The notes beneath the pieces are model-generated. The model did no database searches, was not told where the DNA came from, and saw only the letters and a program-made list of their open reading frames with translations. This document shows positions 19,121 to 28,304 of a DNA stretch of 64,000 nucleotides, in pieces; position 1 is the stretch's first letter; each line of letters begins with the position of its first letter. This stretch comes from a virus. The translations under genes were made by a program, and so were the position numbers. The stretch covers positions 125,603 to 189,602 of IMG/VR virus record IMGVR_UViG_3300027777_000023; one strand, 5' to 3'.

Positions 19121-20947
19121 TTAATCTTTTAACAATCTTTCCAAATAGGCTTTGTTTTGCTTGTCCTCGAGCATCTTTTGCATCTCAGGATATTTTGAAG
19201 TAATTTCAACTTCTTTCTCACTGGGTTTGCTTTCTGCCCTACCTTCTTCCTCAGCTTTATCAAGGACCTTGTTGATTGCTCTGGTTTGAATGGCTTTGGA
19301 CACTGCGTCAGCTACTCCCGCCTCTTTGAGAGAAGCAAACTTGGCGTCACTGAGAGAGTTCACATCTCCAAGTCTGTTAAAGAAAGCTGGCGTGCGCCCT
19401 TGTCCTCCTCCACCAACATTGATGTTGATGTTTTGACCTTGTCCTCCTGAGCCACGATTACGATCTCTGGTCATTAGATAGGCTAGTAAGGCGGCACCTC
19501 CAAGAGGAAGCAGATTATTACCCAGCGCATTATCTCCCAACAGTCCTGTACCTACCGCTTTAACGCTATCGTTAGCTTTGCCCAGTGCTCCGGCGACACC
19601 ATGATAAGCCTTGGAAAGTGTATTGTACGCTTCTGGAAAATTATGATGTAATACACCTTTAACGAATCCACGATCAGCTACATCGTGAGTTAAATCAATA
19701 CCGCCACTGACAGTATTGCCTACTATTTTTGCTGCGTCTCCAACAGCGCCCTCAGCTTTAGCGACCACATCACCTACCGGTCCAGGCAGTGTAGTTTTTG
19801 CTTGTTGTTGGTAGTCTGCAGTGCTTGTAGGTATTTTAAATGTTTGGCCCAAGACTGTGACTTCTCTTCCGGGCATAGAAGGATCTTGGGATATTCCTCC
19901 AATATTGAACAACTGTTTGCGTTTTTCTTCATCGGCTGCTTGTTGATTTTGCAACTTTATGGCTTGCTGCAGTCCTGGAGGCAACGCCGTTGAGGTTGGG
20001 GTTGGGGTCGAGGTTGAGGGTGCGGCAACAGTGGTAGTAGGTCTAGTAGGTGCTGTGGGAGTACTCAACGGCTGCTGTGCCTGTGACGAAGTATAAGGAC
20101 TTCTAGGATTAGCGTTAGGGAAAGTTGCAGCCAAGTATTCATTATTTGGGTCAAATGTGGGAAATGTTGGGGGTGTTACTTTGGTGTAACCTTGCCCTGT
20201 CGACCTCAGAGGATCATACCCAGCAGCTGTGGCTTTTGCCTGTGCGGCTTGATTTGCATTGTAGTCGGCCATTTGTCGTTGATACTTTGGAAAGTGATCT
20301 AGAGTAAATTTTCGCGCTTCCTGAAATTTAGCGTTGTGCTGCCTAAAAGCTTCCTTTTTTTCAGCCATAAAATCATCCATTTGCTGTGGATTGCCGGTAC
20401 GCCTCAATGCGTTTTCAGCTTTGCCATAGTAATCAGTTAATTCATTGTCTCGAGCACGAGCGGCAATATCTACACGATTTACAACGTCTCCGTGAGTTCT
20501 TTGTCGAGAAAAAAGGTCAGGACTGTCAAAAAATCCAGTATGTAGTTGGTCTGCGCGCATATCTTCTGGTGGTGCAGTTGGTGATGCAGCTAGAGGCGCA
20601 GTTATAGGCAGGGTTGGTGGTCGGGTTGGAGGTATTTTAACTGCAGTATCTTTTAGCATATCAAGACCCTGATCCATGTAATCTTTTTTCCTCTTAGCCT
20701 CGCGCGTTATTTTGGTTGCAATAGTCTCAGGAGCAACCTGAGCCGCAGGCATAGCCTCTGGTGAGGGAAATGAAGGTTTGGGTATAGCGGTTGGTTCTAA
20801 CGGCGTGGACCATGACGGGACGGCTGAAAATCTGCGCTGCTGCTCACGCTCCCGATCTTCCAACTGTTGGAAATAATCTGGGGATTTTGCTTGTTTTTCA
20901 AGACCATCATTAACGCCTTTTTCAAGTTCAGTAAAATCTAATTGCAT
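19121..20947 (-). CDS. K-x-A motif protein, Pro/Thr-rich with a C-terminal TM segment (putative head cargo)
   Basis: GVNDGLEKQAKS near the N-terminus; LKEAGV; LLPLGGAALLAYLM. Confidence 0.6.
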   Translation of the reverse strand: MQLDFTELEKGVNDGLEKQAKSPDYFQQLEDREREQQRRFSAVPSWSTPLEPTAIPKPSFPSPEAMPAAQVAPETIATKITREAKRKKDYMDQGLDMLKDTAVKIPPTRPPTLPITAPLAASPTAPPEDMRADQLHTGFFDSPDLFSRQRTHGDVVNRVDIAARARDNELTDYYGKAENALRRTGNPQQMDDFMAEKKEAFRQHNAKFQEARKFTLDHFPKYQRQMADYNANQAAQAKATAAGYDPLRSTGQGYTKVTPPTFPTFDPNNEYLAATFPNANPRSPYTSSQAQQPLSTPTAPTRPTTTVAAPSTSTPTPTSTALPPGLQQAIKLQNQQAADEEKRKQLFNIGGISQDPSMPGREVTVLGQTFKIPTSTADYQQQAKTTLPGPVGDVVAKAEGAVGDAAKIVGNTVSGGIDLTHDVADRGFVKGVLHHNFPEAYNTLSKAYHGVAGALGKANDSVKAVGTGLLGDNALGNNLLPLGGAALLAYLMTRDRNRGSGGQGQNININVGGGGQGRTPAFFNRLGDVNSLSDAKFASLKEAGVADAVSKAIQTRAINKVLDKAEEEGRAESKPSEKEVEITSKYPEMQKMLEDKQNKAYLERLLKD

Positions 20948-20948
20948 A

Positions 20949-22220
20949 TTAGTGATATGGTTGAAGCTCTACGCGTGTGGGTAATTGACCTTCCATGAAC
21001 TCGTCAGGACGTTCACGCATCTTCTTGCGCAAGAGATATGTAAGATAGGCTGATCCTGCGCTGGTTCCTAGCAATCCTGTTGCAGCATAGTCTGCGGCAG
21101 GAGTAAACGGTCTCATTGCTTGATGTGCGGCAGCATCTGCCAATCGGGCAATAGATCCGCTTTCGATAGGTACATCTTCTTTTCTGGATGCGGTCTTACC
21201 AAAAATAGTGTCATGAGCAACTCCACTACAGAACGCGTCCACACAAGGAGTTTCAGATTCTGCAGAGCCTGTCTTTATTCTTGAAAGCAGATCAATATAC
21301 TCTTTTTGTGCAGTCATGAGTTCTTTTTGGATATGCTCTTTCTGCTTATAGTAAAAGTCTTTTTTAGCGTCTCTGAATCCCTCCTGTCCTCCAACCAGCA
21401 TGCGCACAGGATGATTTGCAATACTTCCAACAGCTCGCTGAAACATTCCAGGAGGAACATCATCAAGAGATTCGGCTTTTTTTGATTTAAGTTTTTTATG
21501 AAACTCGAGGTCTGTCAGCATGTCTGCTTTTGTGCTATCCGAGCTCATCAAGTTCTCTTGATCTTTTTCTTTTGTGTACTTGTCAAAAGCATGCCCAGCA
21601 CTCAGCCCTGCGAGAGGAAGCATCAGAGCTTTCAATTTACCAGGTACAGCTTTTCCAAGCATCATACCAGCTGCGCTTCCAGCATACTTACCAGCATTTC
21701 TTTTTAAATGCTCTTTTATCCCTGGATTTTTCTCCATTTCAAAAATGTGCTCTTTGCGCCCGTCGGGACGTTCAATAGTTTTGCTATACTGCATACCTCC
21801 ATGGCCTGGACCAGCATCTAGTACAGAACCTAGCATTCCTCCAGCAATCATCGAGGGCAATCCACCAATAGAGCCGGCGACCATACCAGCGTTTCGTCCG
21901 ATGTTTCTTTTGAACCCTTCTCCAGTATGCTCTTCTGAGCTGGTGGTTTTTGTGTGTTCATAGCTGCCGTCAGGATGTTCCACGATAGAGTATGTGGAGC
22001 GCGCTGCAGCAACTTTCTGAGGCATGAGGTTTTCTGGAATAGGAATTCGAAGCACTTTCTCATCTTCTGTGTTATAGGCTTTCCTCGCTTCTAGACTTCT
22101 GCGAAGCTCTTGTTCTTTGGCCAGCTGCAAAGCGCTAAACAAACTCCCGCCAAAAACCTGAGAGGCCTCGTAGTTTTCTTCTGGAGTTAGTGGAATTTGA
22201 GTGAGTGCTTTCTTGTTCAT
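20949..22220 (-). CDS. K-x-A motif glycine-zipper protein
   Basis: MNKKAL, QKVAAA, KKAES, GKTAS; AGMVAGSIGGLPSMIAGGMLG. Confidence 0.6.
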   Translation of the reverse strand: MNKKALTQIPLTPEENYEASQVFGGSLFSALQLAKEQELRRSLEARKAYNTEDEKVLRIPIPENLMPQKVAAARSTYSIVEHPDGSYEHTKTTSSEEHTGEGFKRNIGRNAGMVAGSIGGLPSMIAGGMLGSVLDAGPGHGGMQYSKTIERPDGRKEHIFEMEKNPGIKEHLKRNAGKYAGSAAGMMLGKAVPGKLKALMLPLAGLSAGHAFDKYTKEKDQENLMSSDSTKADMLTDLEFHKKLKSKKAESLDDVPPGMFQRAVGSIANHPVRMLVGGQEGFRDAKKDFYYKQKEHIQKELMTAQKEYIDLLSRIKTGSAESETPCVDAFCSGVAHDTIFGKTASRKEDVPIESGSIARLADAAAHQAMRPFTPAADYAATGLLGTSAGSAYLTYLLRKKMRERPDEFMEGQLPTRVELQPYH

Positions 22221-22221
22221 G

Positions 22222-22602
22222 TTAATCTTTCTTTTCTTCTTTTGTACCGTAGATGATAAATACTCTAAAGCTTCCCTGCGGGGTCCAGGTGTCTTTCCAG
22301 AGAGTGATCATATACTTTTTGTTATTCATTAATTCGTTAAGCATGTCCTGATCTTTCTGCTGTTCAGGATCAAGAATGATGTTCTTGAATGTGAACGCAC
22401 TCATGTCTTGCGCTCTGGGACGCTTTTTAATTCCTTTTGCTGTTTCAAAAGCGTCAATGACTGCCTCAGGATCAAATCCTTTGTTGGTTACCTCATTGCG
22501 CACATTGCGAGGCGTGACTGAAGCGAGCAAGTCTGCTGCGCTAGAGCCAAAGTCAAAATGTTCTGTTTCTCTTGGTTCAATTCCTTTGTTAAGTAAGTCC
22601 AT
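22222..22602 (-). CDS. Hypothetical protein
   Basis: 126-aa ORF in a tightly packed operon. Confidence 0.7.
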   Translation of the reverse strand: MDLLNKGIEPRETEHFDFGSSAADLLASVTPRNVRNEVTNKGFDPEAVIDAFETAKGIKKRPRAQDMSAFTFKNIILDPEQQKDQDMLNELMNNKKYMITLWKDTWTPQGSFRVFIIYGTKEEKKD

Positions 22603-23119
22603 GTTCTCGTTTAAGGTTGGCTGTTATACGTCTTACTAGAGTAACCTTCTCACGCTCACGTTCAAGAGCTTTATTAAGTCCTTCAACAGATTTATCCATT
22701 TCGTCGAGCCCAAGACCCGCAAGAGCACCACCAGCAAGCGATCCTTTGAATGCTAGCTCTGGAAGATCTCTCAATGCACTGCCTAGCGAGCCAGCGATCA
22801 TTCCTCCAGCTGTGCCGCCAAGCATAGCTCCAACAGGAACTCCGGCCACTCCTCCAAGCATACCTCCACCGGCTGCGCCCGCAAGAGAACCAAGAGCAGT
22901 GCCTGTAATTCCTCCTACGTTTAAATTTTTAGCTGATCCACCGTCAGCAGCTGAAGCATTTTTTACAAGAGAACCCACCGTAGACGCAATCTTATACACA
23001 GCTTCTCCATTGTTGATGTTTTGCAGTGCTGTCTCTAGCTCCTCTAGAGAAGATCCAATCTTTTCCAGTTCCATAGCCAATTCGTTTTTGATGGCCTGTG
23101 CGTATTTTGATAGTTCCAT
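22589..23119 (-). CDS. Glycine-zipper membrane protein with K-x-A motifs
   Basis: MELSKYAQ, YKIAST, VKNASA; long GxxxG array GTALGSLAGAAGGGMLGGVAGVPVGAMLGGTAGGMIAG. Confidence 0.7.
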   Translation of the reverse strand: MELSKYAQAIKNELAMELEKIGSSLEELETALQNINNGEAVYKIASTVGSLVKNASAADGGSAKNLNVGGITGTALGSLAGAAGGGMLGGVAGVPVGAMLGGTAGGMIAGSLGSALRDLPELAFKGSLAGGALAGLGLDEMDKSVEGLNKALEREREKVTLVRRITANLKREHGLT

Positions 23120-23122
23120 AAA

Positions 23123-23494
23123 TTATTGTTTGACGTGAATCATTCCTGTGCTTGGATCGTATTCTGTAAATTTTCTCTTGTGCAGACTATTGTATATTAT
23201 ATTGCCAACACCAAAGCCCGCCAAGCTCAATAGTGTTCTGGCGTGTTTTGGAAGTTCTGCGTACTTTGCGACCACATGCATCATAGCCATTCCAGCAGTA
23301 CCCGCAATAAGATGGTCAAAAACCTCAGGACTTTTAATCAAGCTGAACAACGACTGCTTTTTTTGTTGATCTAGTGCGTGATCCTGTCCAACTAGTTTGA
23401 GCAATGAGCTTGCTGTGAAAGTGGGTGGAGCGTCCACGTCATATCCTTTTGGTAGGATACTAAACATGTCAGATGAGCCGATAGACATACTCAT
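23123..23494 (-). CDS. Small two-TM protein
   Basis: LIAGTAGMAMM and LLSLAGFGVG hydrophobic segments. Confidence 0.65.
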   Translation of the reverse strand: MSMSIGSSDMFSILPKGYDVDAPPTFTASSLLKLVGQDHALDQQKKQSLFSLIKSPEVFDHLIAGTAGMAMMHVVAKYAELPKHARTLLSLAGFGVGNIIYNSLHKRKFTEYDPSTGMIHVKQ

Positions 23495-23496
23495 AA

Positions 23497-24624
23497 TTAT
23501 TGTGCTTTGTAGGCCAGACTAGCCAACACAGGAACGCTTGACTCTACCAAACTTCTTATTCTGCGATTTTGAAGTTTTGCAGGATCTCTGCGAATTTCTT
23601 CGGCTCTTTCAGGGTGAAGTTCGTCAATTATATGATGTACTCCACGGGCTGCTATATAGTGGCCGATGAACGAACGTAGCGGATGTTCTGCATTTTCATT
23701 TACATAATCATTAAGATAGCCGGAAGCTGTGTTTTTAGCATTCACCATGAGATTTGCAAGACTGTTGCTGTCGTAGCTTGCAATTTTTTGACCTTCATCA
23801 GATGCAGCATCTACTAGCGCAGCAGGATCAACATGAATATTTTCAGTCTGCTGATTTCCCAAAGACTCTTTCATTGCTTTGAGCTTTTGTGCAAATTTCT
23901 TTGCTGGACTATATCTCCAATTTTGGCCCCCTTCGTGCTGCAACATAAAAGTAGGATTATGGCTTCCGTTAGCCAATGTCATATATATGTTGTCAGGGCT
24001 GCTTCGGTGAATCTGTGCTGTACCTTTGTTTAAAGCATCATTTTCAAAATTAAGAATATTGTCATCAGCTAGTCTGGATACCTTTGAATCTTCTGCGGGA
24101 TACTCCTCAGGAAGTCCTCCAAAACTATATACCAGATTACCGTCAGATAACCTTAAACCGTCCTTGGTGCGAACATATTTCCACTTAGCCTGATTAGACA
24201 GGGTGGGTAGTATATTTTCGTTCACGGGCATACCCTCAAGATCCACAGCTAGCTTTACCTCTGGTTGCACGGGTGAGGGTAATGGTTGATTTTGTACTCC
24301 TTTAAATGCGTCCTGGTTTTTATTAATAATCTTCAACAAAGTGTCGTCTGGGGCAGTCTTTATCTTTTCTTGTACCGCCGCAGGATTATTCGTGTTCTTG
24401 TCTAGAAAGCCTCGTACCAACGAACCTGAGAAAGGTACACCCGGAATGTTCCAGGAATGCTGCTGCGCATTTTGCATGAACTGCGGAAAGTTTACTTTGT
24501 TTTGACGAAACCGAGACAATAGTTGTTCTGGTGTTTCACCAGGTATTTTTGTTTGAAGATCGGCCGTCTTTTGCAGCTCTTCAGAAACACCTAGATAGAA
24601 TGCTGGAAGGTTTAGATCAATCAT
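23497..24624 (-). CDS. K-x-A motif multi-module protein
   Basis: FYLGVSEELQKTAD, VKLAVD, QKIASY flank distinct segments. Confidence 0.6.
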   Translation of the reverse strand: MIDLNLPAFYLGVSEELQKTADLQTKIPGETPEQLLSRFRQNKVNFPQFMQNAQQHSWNIPGVPFSGSLVRGFLDKNTNNPAAVQEKIKTAPDDTLLKIINKNQDAFKGVQNQPLPSPVQPEVKLAVDLEGMPVNENILPTLSNQAKWKYVRTKDGLRLSDGNLVYSFGGLPEEYPAEDSKVSRLADDNILNFENDALNKGTAQIHRSSPDNIYMTLANGSHNPTFMLQHEGGQNWRYSPAKKFAQKLKAMKESLGNQQTENIHVDPAALVDAASDEGQKIASYDSNSLANLMVNAKNTASGYLNDYVNENAEHPLRSFIGHYIAARGVHHIIDELHPERAEEIRRDPAKLQNRRIRSLVESSVPVLASLAYKAQ

Positions 24625-24627
24625 ACT

Positions 24628-26463
24628 CTAATTTCCTGCTGCAACGTTTCCATTAGCGTCGTAACCCATATTATGCTCAGGGCTTATAGGAGAAACTTCG
24701 ACCAGAGGATGTGCTTTGTTGTGTGCTCCTGTGAGCAAAGGAACTTTATTGTGCCCAAATCCCGGTTGATCCTTCCAATGATTCATTGCGCTAGATAGTC
24801 CTCCTGAGCCTAGAAGGCCTCCTATGGCAGGGAAGATGAACTTTCCGGCCCCTTCATCCATACCCAGCAAATTAGCGAGGCCTAGACCTCCTCCTGCTCC
24901 AAGAATACCACCAAGCAGACGATTGTCCACATTGGGAATTATCTGATGTCTGTTTGTAAGTTCTCCTGTAATGTCTGTAGGGCTTGATAGTTCTTTTAGA
25001 TAATCTCCCACAGGTTTAATAGCTTTTGCAATGGGTTGAACAAACCCTCCCAGGTCAAAAGCTTCTTTCATCATACCCTCTAGAAAGTCTTCGTTAGCAC
25101 CTTCTTTGCGTAGCTGATCGAACACACCCTGCCAGATCAACTCATAGTCTTCATAGCTGGCTGTCTTGTTTGGTTGGACGGGTTGCGGAGCTGACGTTGT
25201 GTTTGCTGGAATGGGTTTAGGCACATTAAGATTTGGTTGTGGTGCTTCTCCTCCTCCTGTGCCGATGTTTAGCTTGATCGGTGTATTGAATGCTGTGCTT
25301 ACAACTTTGGGTGTTGTCGGAGCAGGTGCAGGCTGCTCATGAGGAAGTCCATGGTCATCGCCATTACTGCTGTCGTACGGATTTGTTGGTGTAGGACTGC
25401 TTGCCAGGTTGGTTGGAGAAATTTGAATGTTTGGCGGTGCGGGAGCAGACTGTTCATGAGGAAGTCCAGGGTCGGGGCTTTGATTGCTGTTGTACGGATT
25501 TCCTTGTGGGGCTACAGGAGCCGATTGCGTTGGTGCTGCAGGTTGCGCTGGGGCAGCGTTGCGATTTGCTGCAAACCTATCGTAGTGCTTCATCAACCCA
25601 GCAGGATCGTTCTCCATATGCTGCCGATAGTTGTCACCATATGTGGATTTTAAGCTAGATATGAATTCTTGGTTGTCCTTATGATTAGCATCAGCCAGAT
25701 TAGGATTCTTTTGAAGTAGTTGCTGCTTGGCCTGAACATAGTCTGCAGCTCTGTTAGTTCCACGAGTCATGTTTCCGTAAGCTTGATTAACCTCTGGGGC
25801 ATAGCCTTGAGTTTGATAGCTTTGATTGACTTGCCTGAGAGCTTGTGGGTTAGCGTTGAATCCTTGAGCGACGTCTGCTTGTTGTCGAGCATTTCTTAAC
25901 TGGTTCACATACTCGTTAGCCTTTGTGGCCTCGTCGTACTGTTGATCTTTTAAAAACGGACTAGGAGCCTTCGGGATCGAAGGCATGTTGTCCTGCGTAC
26001 CTATGGGCGCCTGCGGTGTATAGGTCTGACGAATGTGATTAGCCATTTGAGACGCACGCTCCTGGCGAGCCTGCATATTCTGATATGGATTTTCGCGCTG
26101 AGGACGAACACCTGTAGGTCTGCCCCAATTGCCGTTGAGATCCACGTAAGCTTCTTTCAGCATTTCTCTCAGCAAACTTCCTGCTTTTTGAACTCTGACT
26201 GGTTTTGGAACTACCGGTGCAGGAGTGATCGGTGGAACCACTGGTTTTGCTGCTCCGGCTTCGAAGTTCAAGCGTCCTCCTCCTTTCATAAAGTCGTCCG
26301 TATTGACACCCCACTCCTGCAACTGCTGTGGAGTTGCTCGCTGACTCACCCACGGTCTCTCTGTTGATGGGTATTCCGCTGGGATTGGATTCGGTGTGGG
26401 TAGGGGTTTTGTCACTGGCGAACGGTTCCCCGCAAGCTTTGATAGTAGGTTTAACCTTAGCAT
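24628..26463 (-). CDS. K-x-A motif Pro/Gln-rich protein with C-terminal glycine zippers
   Basis: LSKLAGN, LKEAYV, NKTASY, MKEAFD; internal repeat NPY...GLPHEQxAPAP x2; LLGGILGAGGGLGLA. Confidence 0.6.
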   Translation of the reverse strand: MLRLNLLSKLAGNRSPVTKPLPTPNPIPAEYPSTERPWVSQRATPQQLQEWGVNTDDFMKGGGRLNFEAGAAKPVVPPITPAPVVPKPVRVQKAGSLLREMLKEAYVDLNGNWGRPTGVRPQRENPYQNMQARQERASQMANHIRQTYTPQAPIGTQDNMPSIPKAPSPFLKDQQYDEATKANEYVNQLRNARQQADVAQGFNANPQALRQVNQSYQTQGYAPEVNQAYGNMTRGTNRAADYVQAKQQLLQKNPNLADANHKDNQEFISSLKSTYGDNYRQHMENDPAGLMKHYDRFAANRNAAPAQPAAPTQSAPVAPQGNPYNSNQSPDPGLPHEQSAPAPPNIQISPTNLASSPTPTNPYDSSNGDDHGLPHEQPAPAPTTPKVVSTAFNTPIKLNIGTGGGEAPQPNLNVPKPIPANTTSAPQPVQPNKTASYEDYELIWQGVFDQLRKEGANEDFLEGMMKEAFDLGGFVQPIAKAIKPVGDYLKELSSPTDITGELTNRHQIIPNVDNRLLGGILGAGGGLGLANLLGMDEGAGKFIFPAIGGLLGSGGLSSAMNHWKDQPGFGHNKVPLLTGAHNKAHPLVEVSPISPEHNMGYDANGNVAAGN

Positions 26464-27718
26464 TTGAAAGTTTTCTAGGTGTAGTTTTTTCTATTCTACC
26501 GAGTTTACCTTTCTTTTGCAACAAAGGATGCTTGTAATTCTCCCTTTCCTCTGCCTTGGGAATGTGACTGTGCCCCATACGACGCACAGCTACCCTGCAG
26601 AGAGTTTTGTTTTCACCCTTGCCTTTGAGTACTTCGTGGCTTTTGAAAAGTTCGATGAGAGTATGATATGTTTCTACCACCAGGCGGTTGAGATCCTCTA
26701 CGTTTTCAGCTCTAATTTCACGAGCATACTGAGAAACCAGACTGTATGCCCTGTGAAGATAGCTAAAGCTCTTTTCTATAGCTTCAGAGGATCTAGCCAC
26801 TCTGGGAGAGTCTTTTTTAGTTGAGTCTGTTCGATCGATTCTCATTCGACGATCAGGATTTTTCAGATTGAACACCTTTTCCAGCTCTAGAACCTTTCTT
26901 TCTTCACCCTCAGGATCAATCTCGTTAGAGGGAAGAAAGAAGATGAGATGAGTATGAGGACGATATTTTTGAGAGAGTATGCTGTCTACACTGATTTCAT
27001 GACTGTAGCTATAGCTGTAGATCTTTTTGTGTTTAGACAGCTTTGTGAAGTATTCTGAGTTCTTTTTAAAGAACGCTAGATACTTTTCTTGATCAGGCTT
27101 TCTATAGGACTCGTCGCTAGAGATCACAGCCTGATAGGCAACAAAGCCAGCTTTGAATAGAGCTTCAACAGAATAGGTCTTGCAGAACTTCTTATGGGCC
27201 CGTGCACAGCTTTTTGGATCAACAGTGCGGTTGTCTACGCAAACACTGCTATAGCTGTTGTAGGCAGTGTCTGGATCGCGTAGATTGCTGGATATAGCAT
27301 CCTTTCCGTTGTTGAGAATGTTTGTCATGTCGCAACCAATGCTTAAGAGCAAGTGAGCTTCTAGATCTAGCTTTTTTAGACCAAACCTATTGCTGTTGGT
27401 TTTGTCTGAGAGAATGAGAGAACGAAGATTTAACTGAGCATCTCTAGAGAGTAGTTCCCAGTGAGAGACGAGACTATTAACACAAAGCCAGTTAAGACTG
27501 TGATGAGAGTATACAGGCTTATCGCTTTTTACAGAGCAACTACTAGAGCTTAGGCTAGCGCAACTAGACTTAAATCTCGCTACCGCTTCTTTTGAGGGTT
27601 TAGCTACAGGACCATAAAGGAACTCTTCACTGTAGTTGTCATTATGGGCCAGCCTATCTTTTATGCGATAGACGTGGGTTTTCTTTGCCTCTGTGCTTTT
27701 TTCTATAGTCGTCTGCAT
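26039..27718 (-). CDS. Putative HUH-superfamily (rolling-circle Rep-like) endonuclease
   Basis: HEISVDSILSQKYRPHTHLIFF (HUH motif 2-like), EKSFSYLHRAY (candidate catalytic Tyr), upstream Cys cluster. The 3' end overlaps the next gene by 425 nt. Confidence 0.45.
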   Translation of the reverse strand: MQTTIEKSTEAKKTHVYRIKDRLAHNDNYSEEFLYGPVAKPSKEAVARFKSSCASLSSSSCSVKSDKPVYSHHSLNWLCVNSLVSHWELLSRDAQLNLRSLILSDKTNSNRFGLKKLDLEAHLLLSIGCDMTNILNNGKDAISSNLRDPDTAYNSYSSVCVDNRTVDPKSCARAHKKFCKTYSVEALFKAGFVAYQAVISSDESYRKPDQEKYLAFFKKNSEYFTKLSKHKKIYSYSYSHEISVDSILSQKYRPHTHLIFFLPSNEIDPEGEERKVLELEKVFNLKNPDRRMRIDRTDSTKKDSPRVARSSEAIEKSFSYLHRAYSLVSQYAREIRAENVEDLNRLVVETYHTLIELFKSHEVLKGKGENKTLCRVAVRRMGHSHIPKAEERENYKHPLLQKKGKLGRIEKTTPRKLSNAKVKPTIKACGEPFASDKTPTHTESNPSGIPINRETVGESASNSTAVAGVGCQYGRLYERRRTLELRSRSSKTSGSTDHSCTGSSKTSQSSKSRKFAERNAERSLRGSQRQLGQTYRCSSSARKSISEYAGSPGACVSNG

Positions 27719-27763
27719 ACGTGCCTGTACTAGATATATACTTTGAGAGAGGTTAAAGGTCAC

Positions 27764-27910
27764 TATGTTTTTGCTTGTGGGTACTAGAGAGAATTTATAG
27801 GGTGAGTCTTTAGTTTAGAGAAGGGGATTGGTTAGTGAGTTAGTAGAGGGATAAGGGAGGGTATATAGAACAACTATCAACAGTATAGGGAGTACATGGT
27901 TTTTTCGGGA
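27764..27910. other. Strongly purine-skewed intergenic tract at the strand switch
   Basis: G/A-rich plus strand (agagaaggggattggttagtgagttagtagaggggataagggaggg) between divergent gene blocks. Confidence 0.5.
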
Positions 27911-27918
27911 GGTGCTTG

Positions 27919-27947
27919 TTGCTTCGCTGGGACAGTTGTGTTATAGT
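27919..27947 (+). promoter_or_regulatory. sigma70-like promoter
   Basis: TTGCTT-N17-TATAGT with an extended TG. Confidence 0.6.
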
Positions 27948-27968
27948 TCCCTTAACGTAACCCTACTT

Positions 27969-28304
27969 ATGCGCCCCATAGAAAAGATAAAAAGTATTAC
28001 CATACGGAACAAACGCTACAAGTTTGTGGTAAAAAAACTGCGACATGCCAGAGGCAGAACAGAACACCCAGACACTAAAAACAAGACAGTGTATATAGAC
28101 TCTAGAGAAAAAGGCAAAGCGTTGCTGTCCACGCTTATTGATGAGCTCATACATTGCGCTATCTGGGATATACAGAACGAGATCGTGGATGAGATCTCTG
28201 ACGGCATGGCCGATGTGTTGTGGCGCTGTGGACTGAGGTTTACAGACGAGACGGATGAAACCCTGGAAAGCACAACATCAACATATGTCTCTAAAAACCT
28301 TTAA
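27969..28304 (+). CDS. Zincin-like small protein with a DExxH variant motif
   Basis: LLSTLIDELIHCAI sits in the context typical of TLIHELLHA phage metallopeptidase-like proteins. Start at ATG 27969. Confidence 0.5.
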   Translation: MRPIEKIKSITIRNKRYKFVVKKLRHARGRTEHPDTKNKTVYIDSREKGKALLSTLIDELIHCAIWDIQNEIVDEISDGMADVLWRCGLRFTDETDETLESTTSTYVSKNL

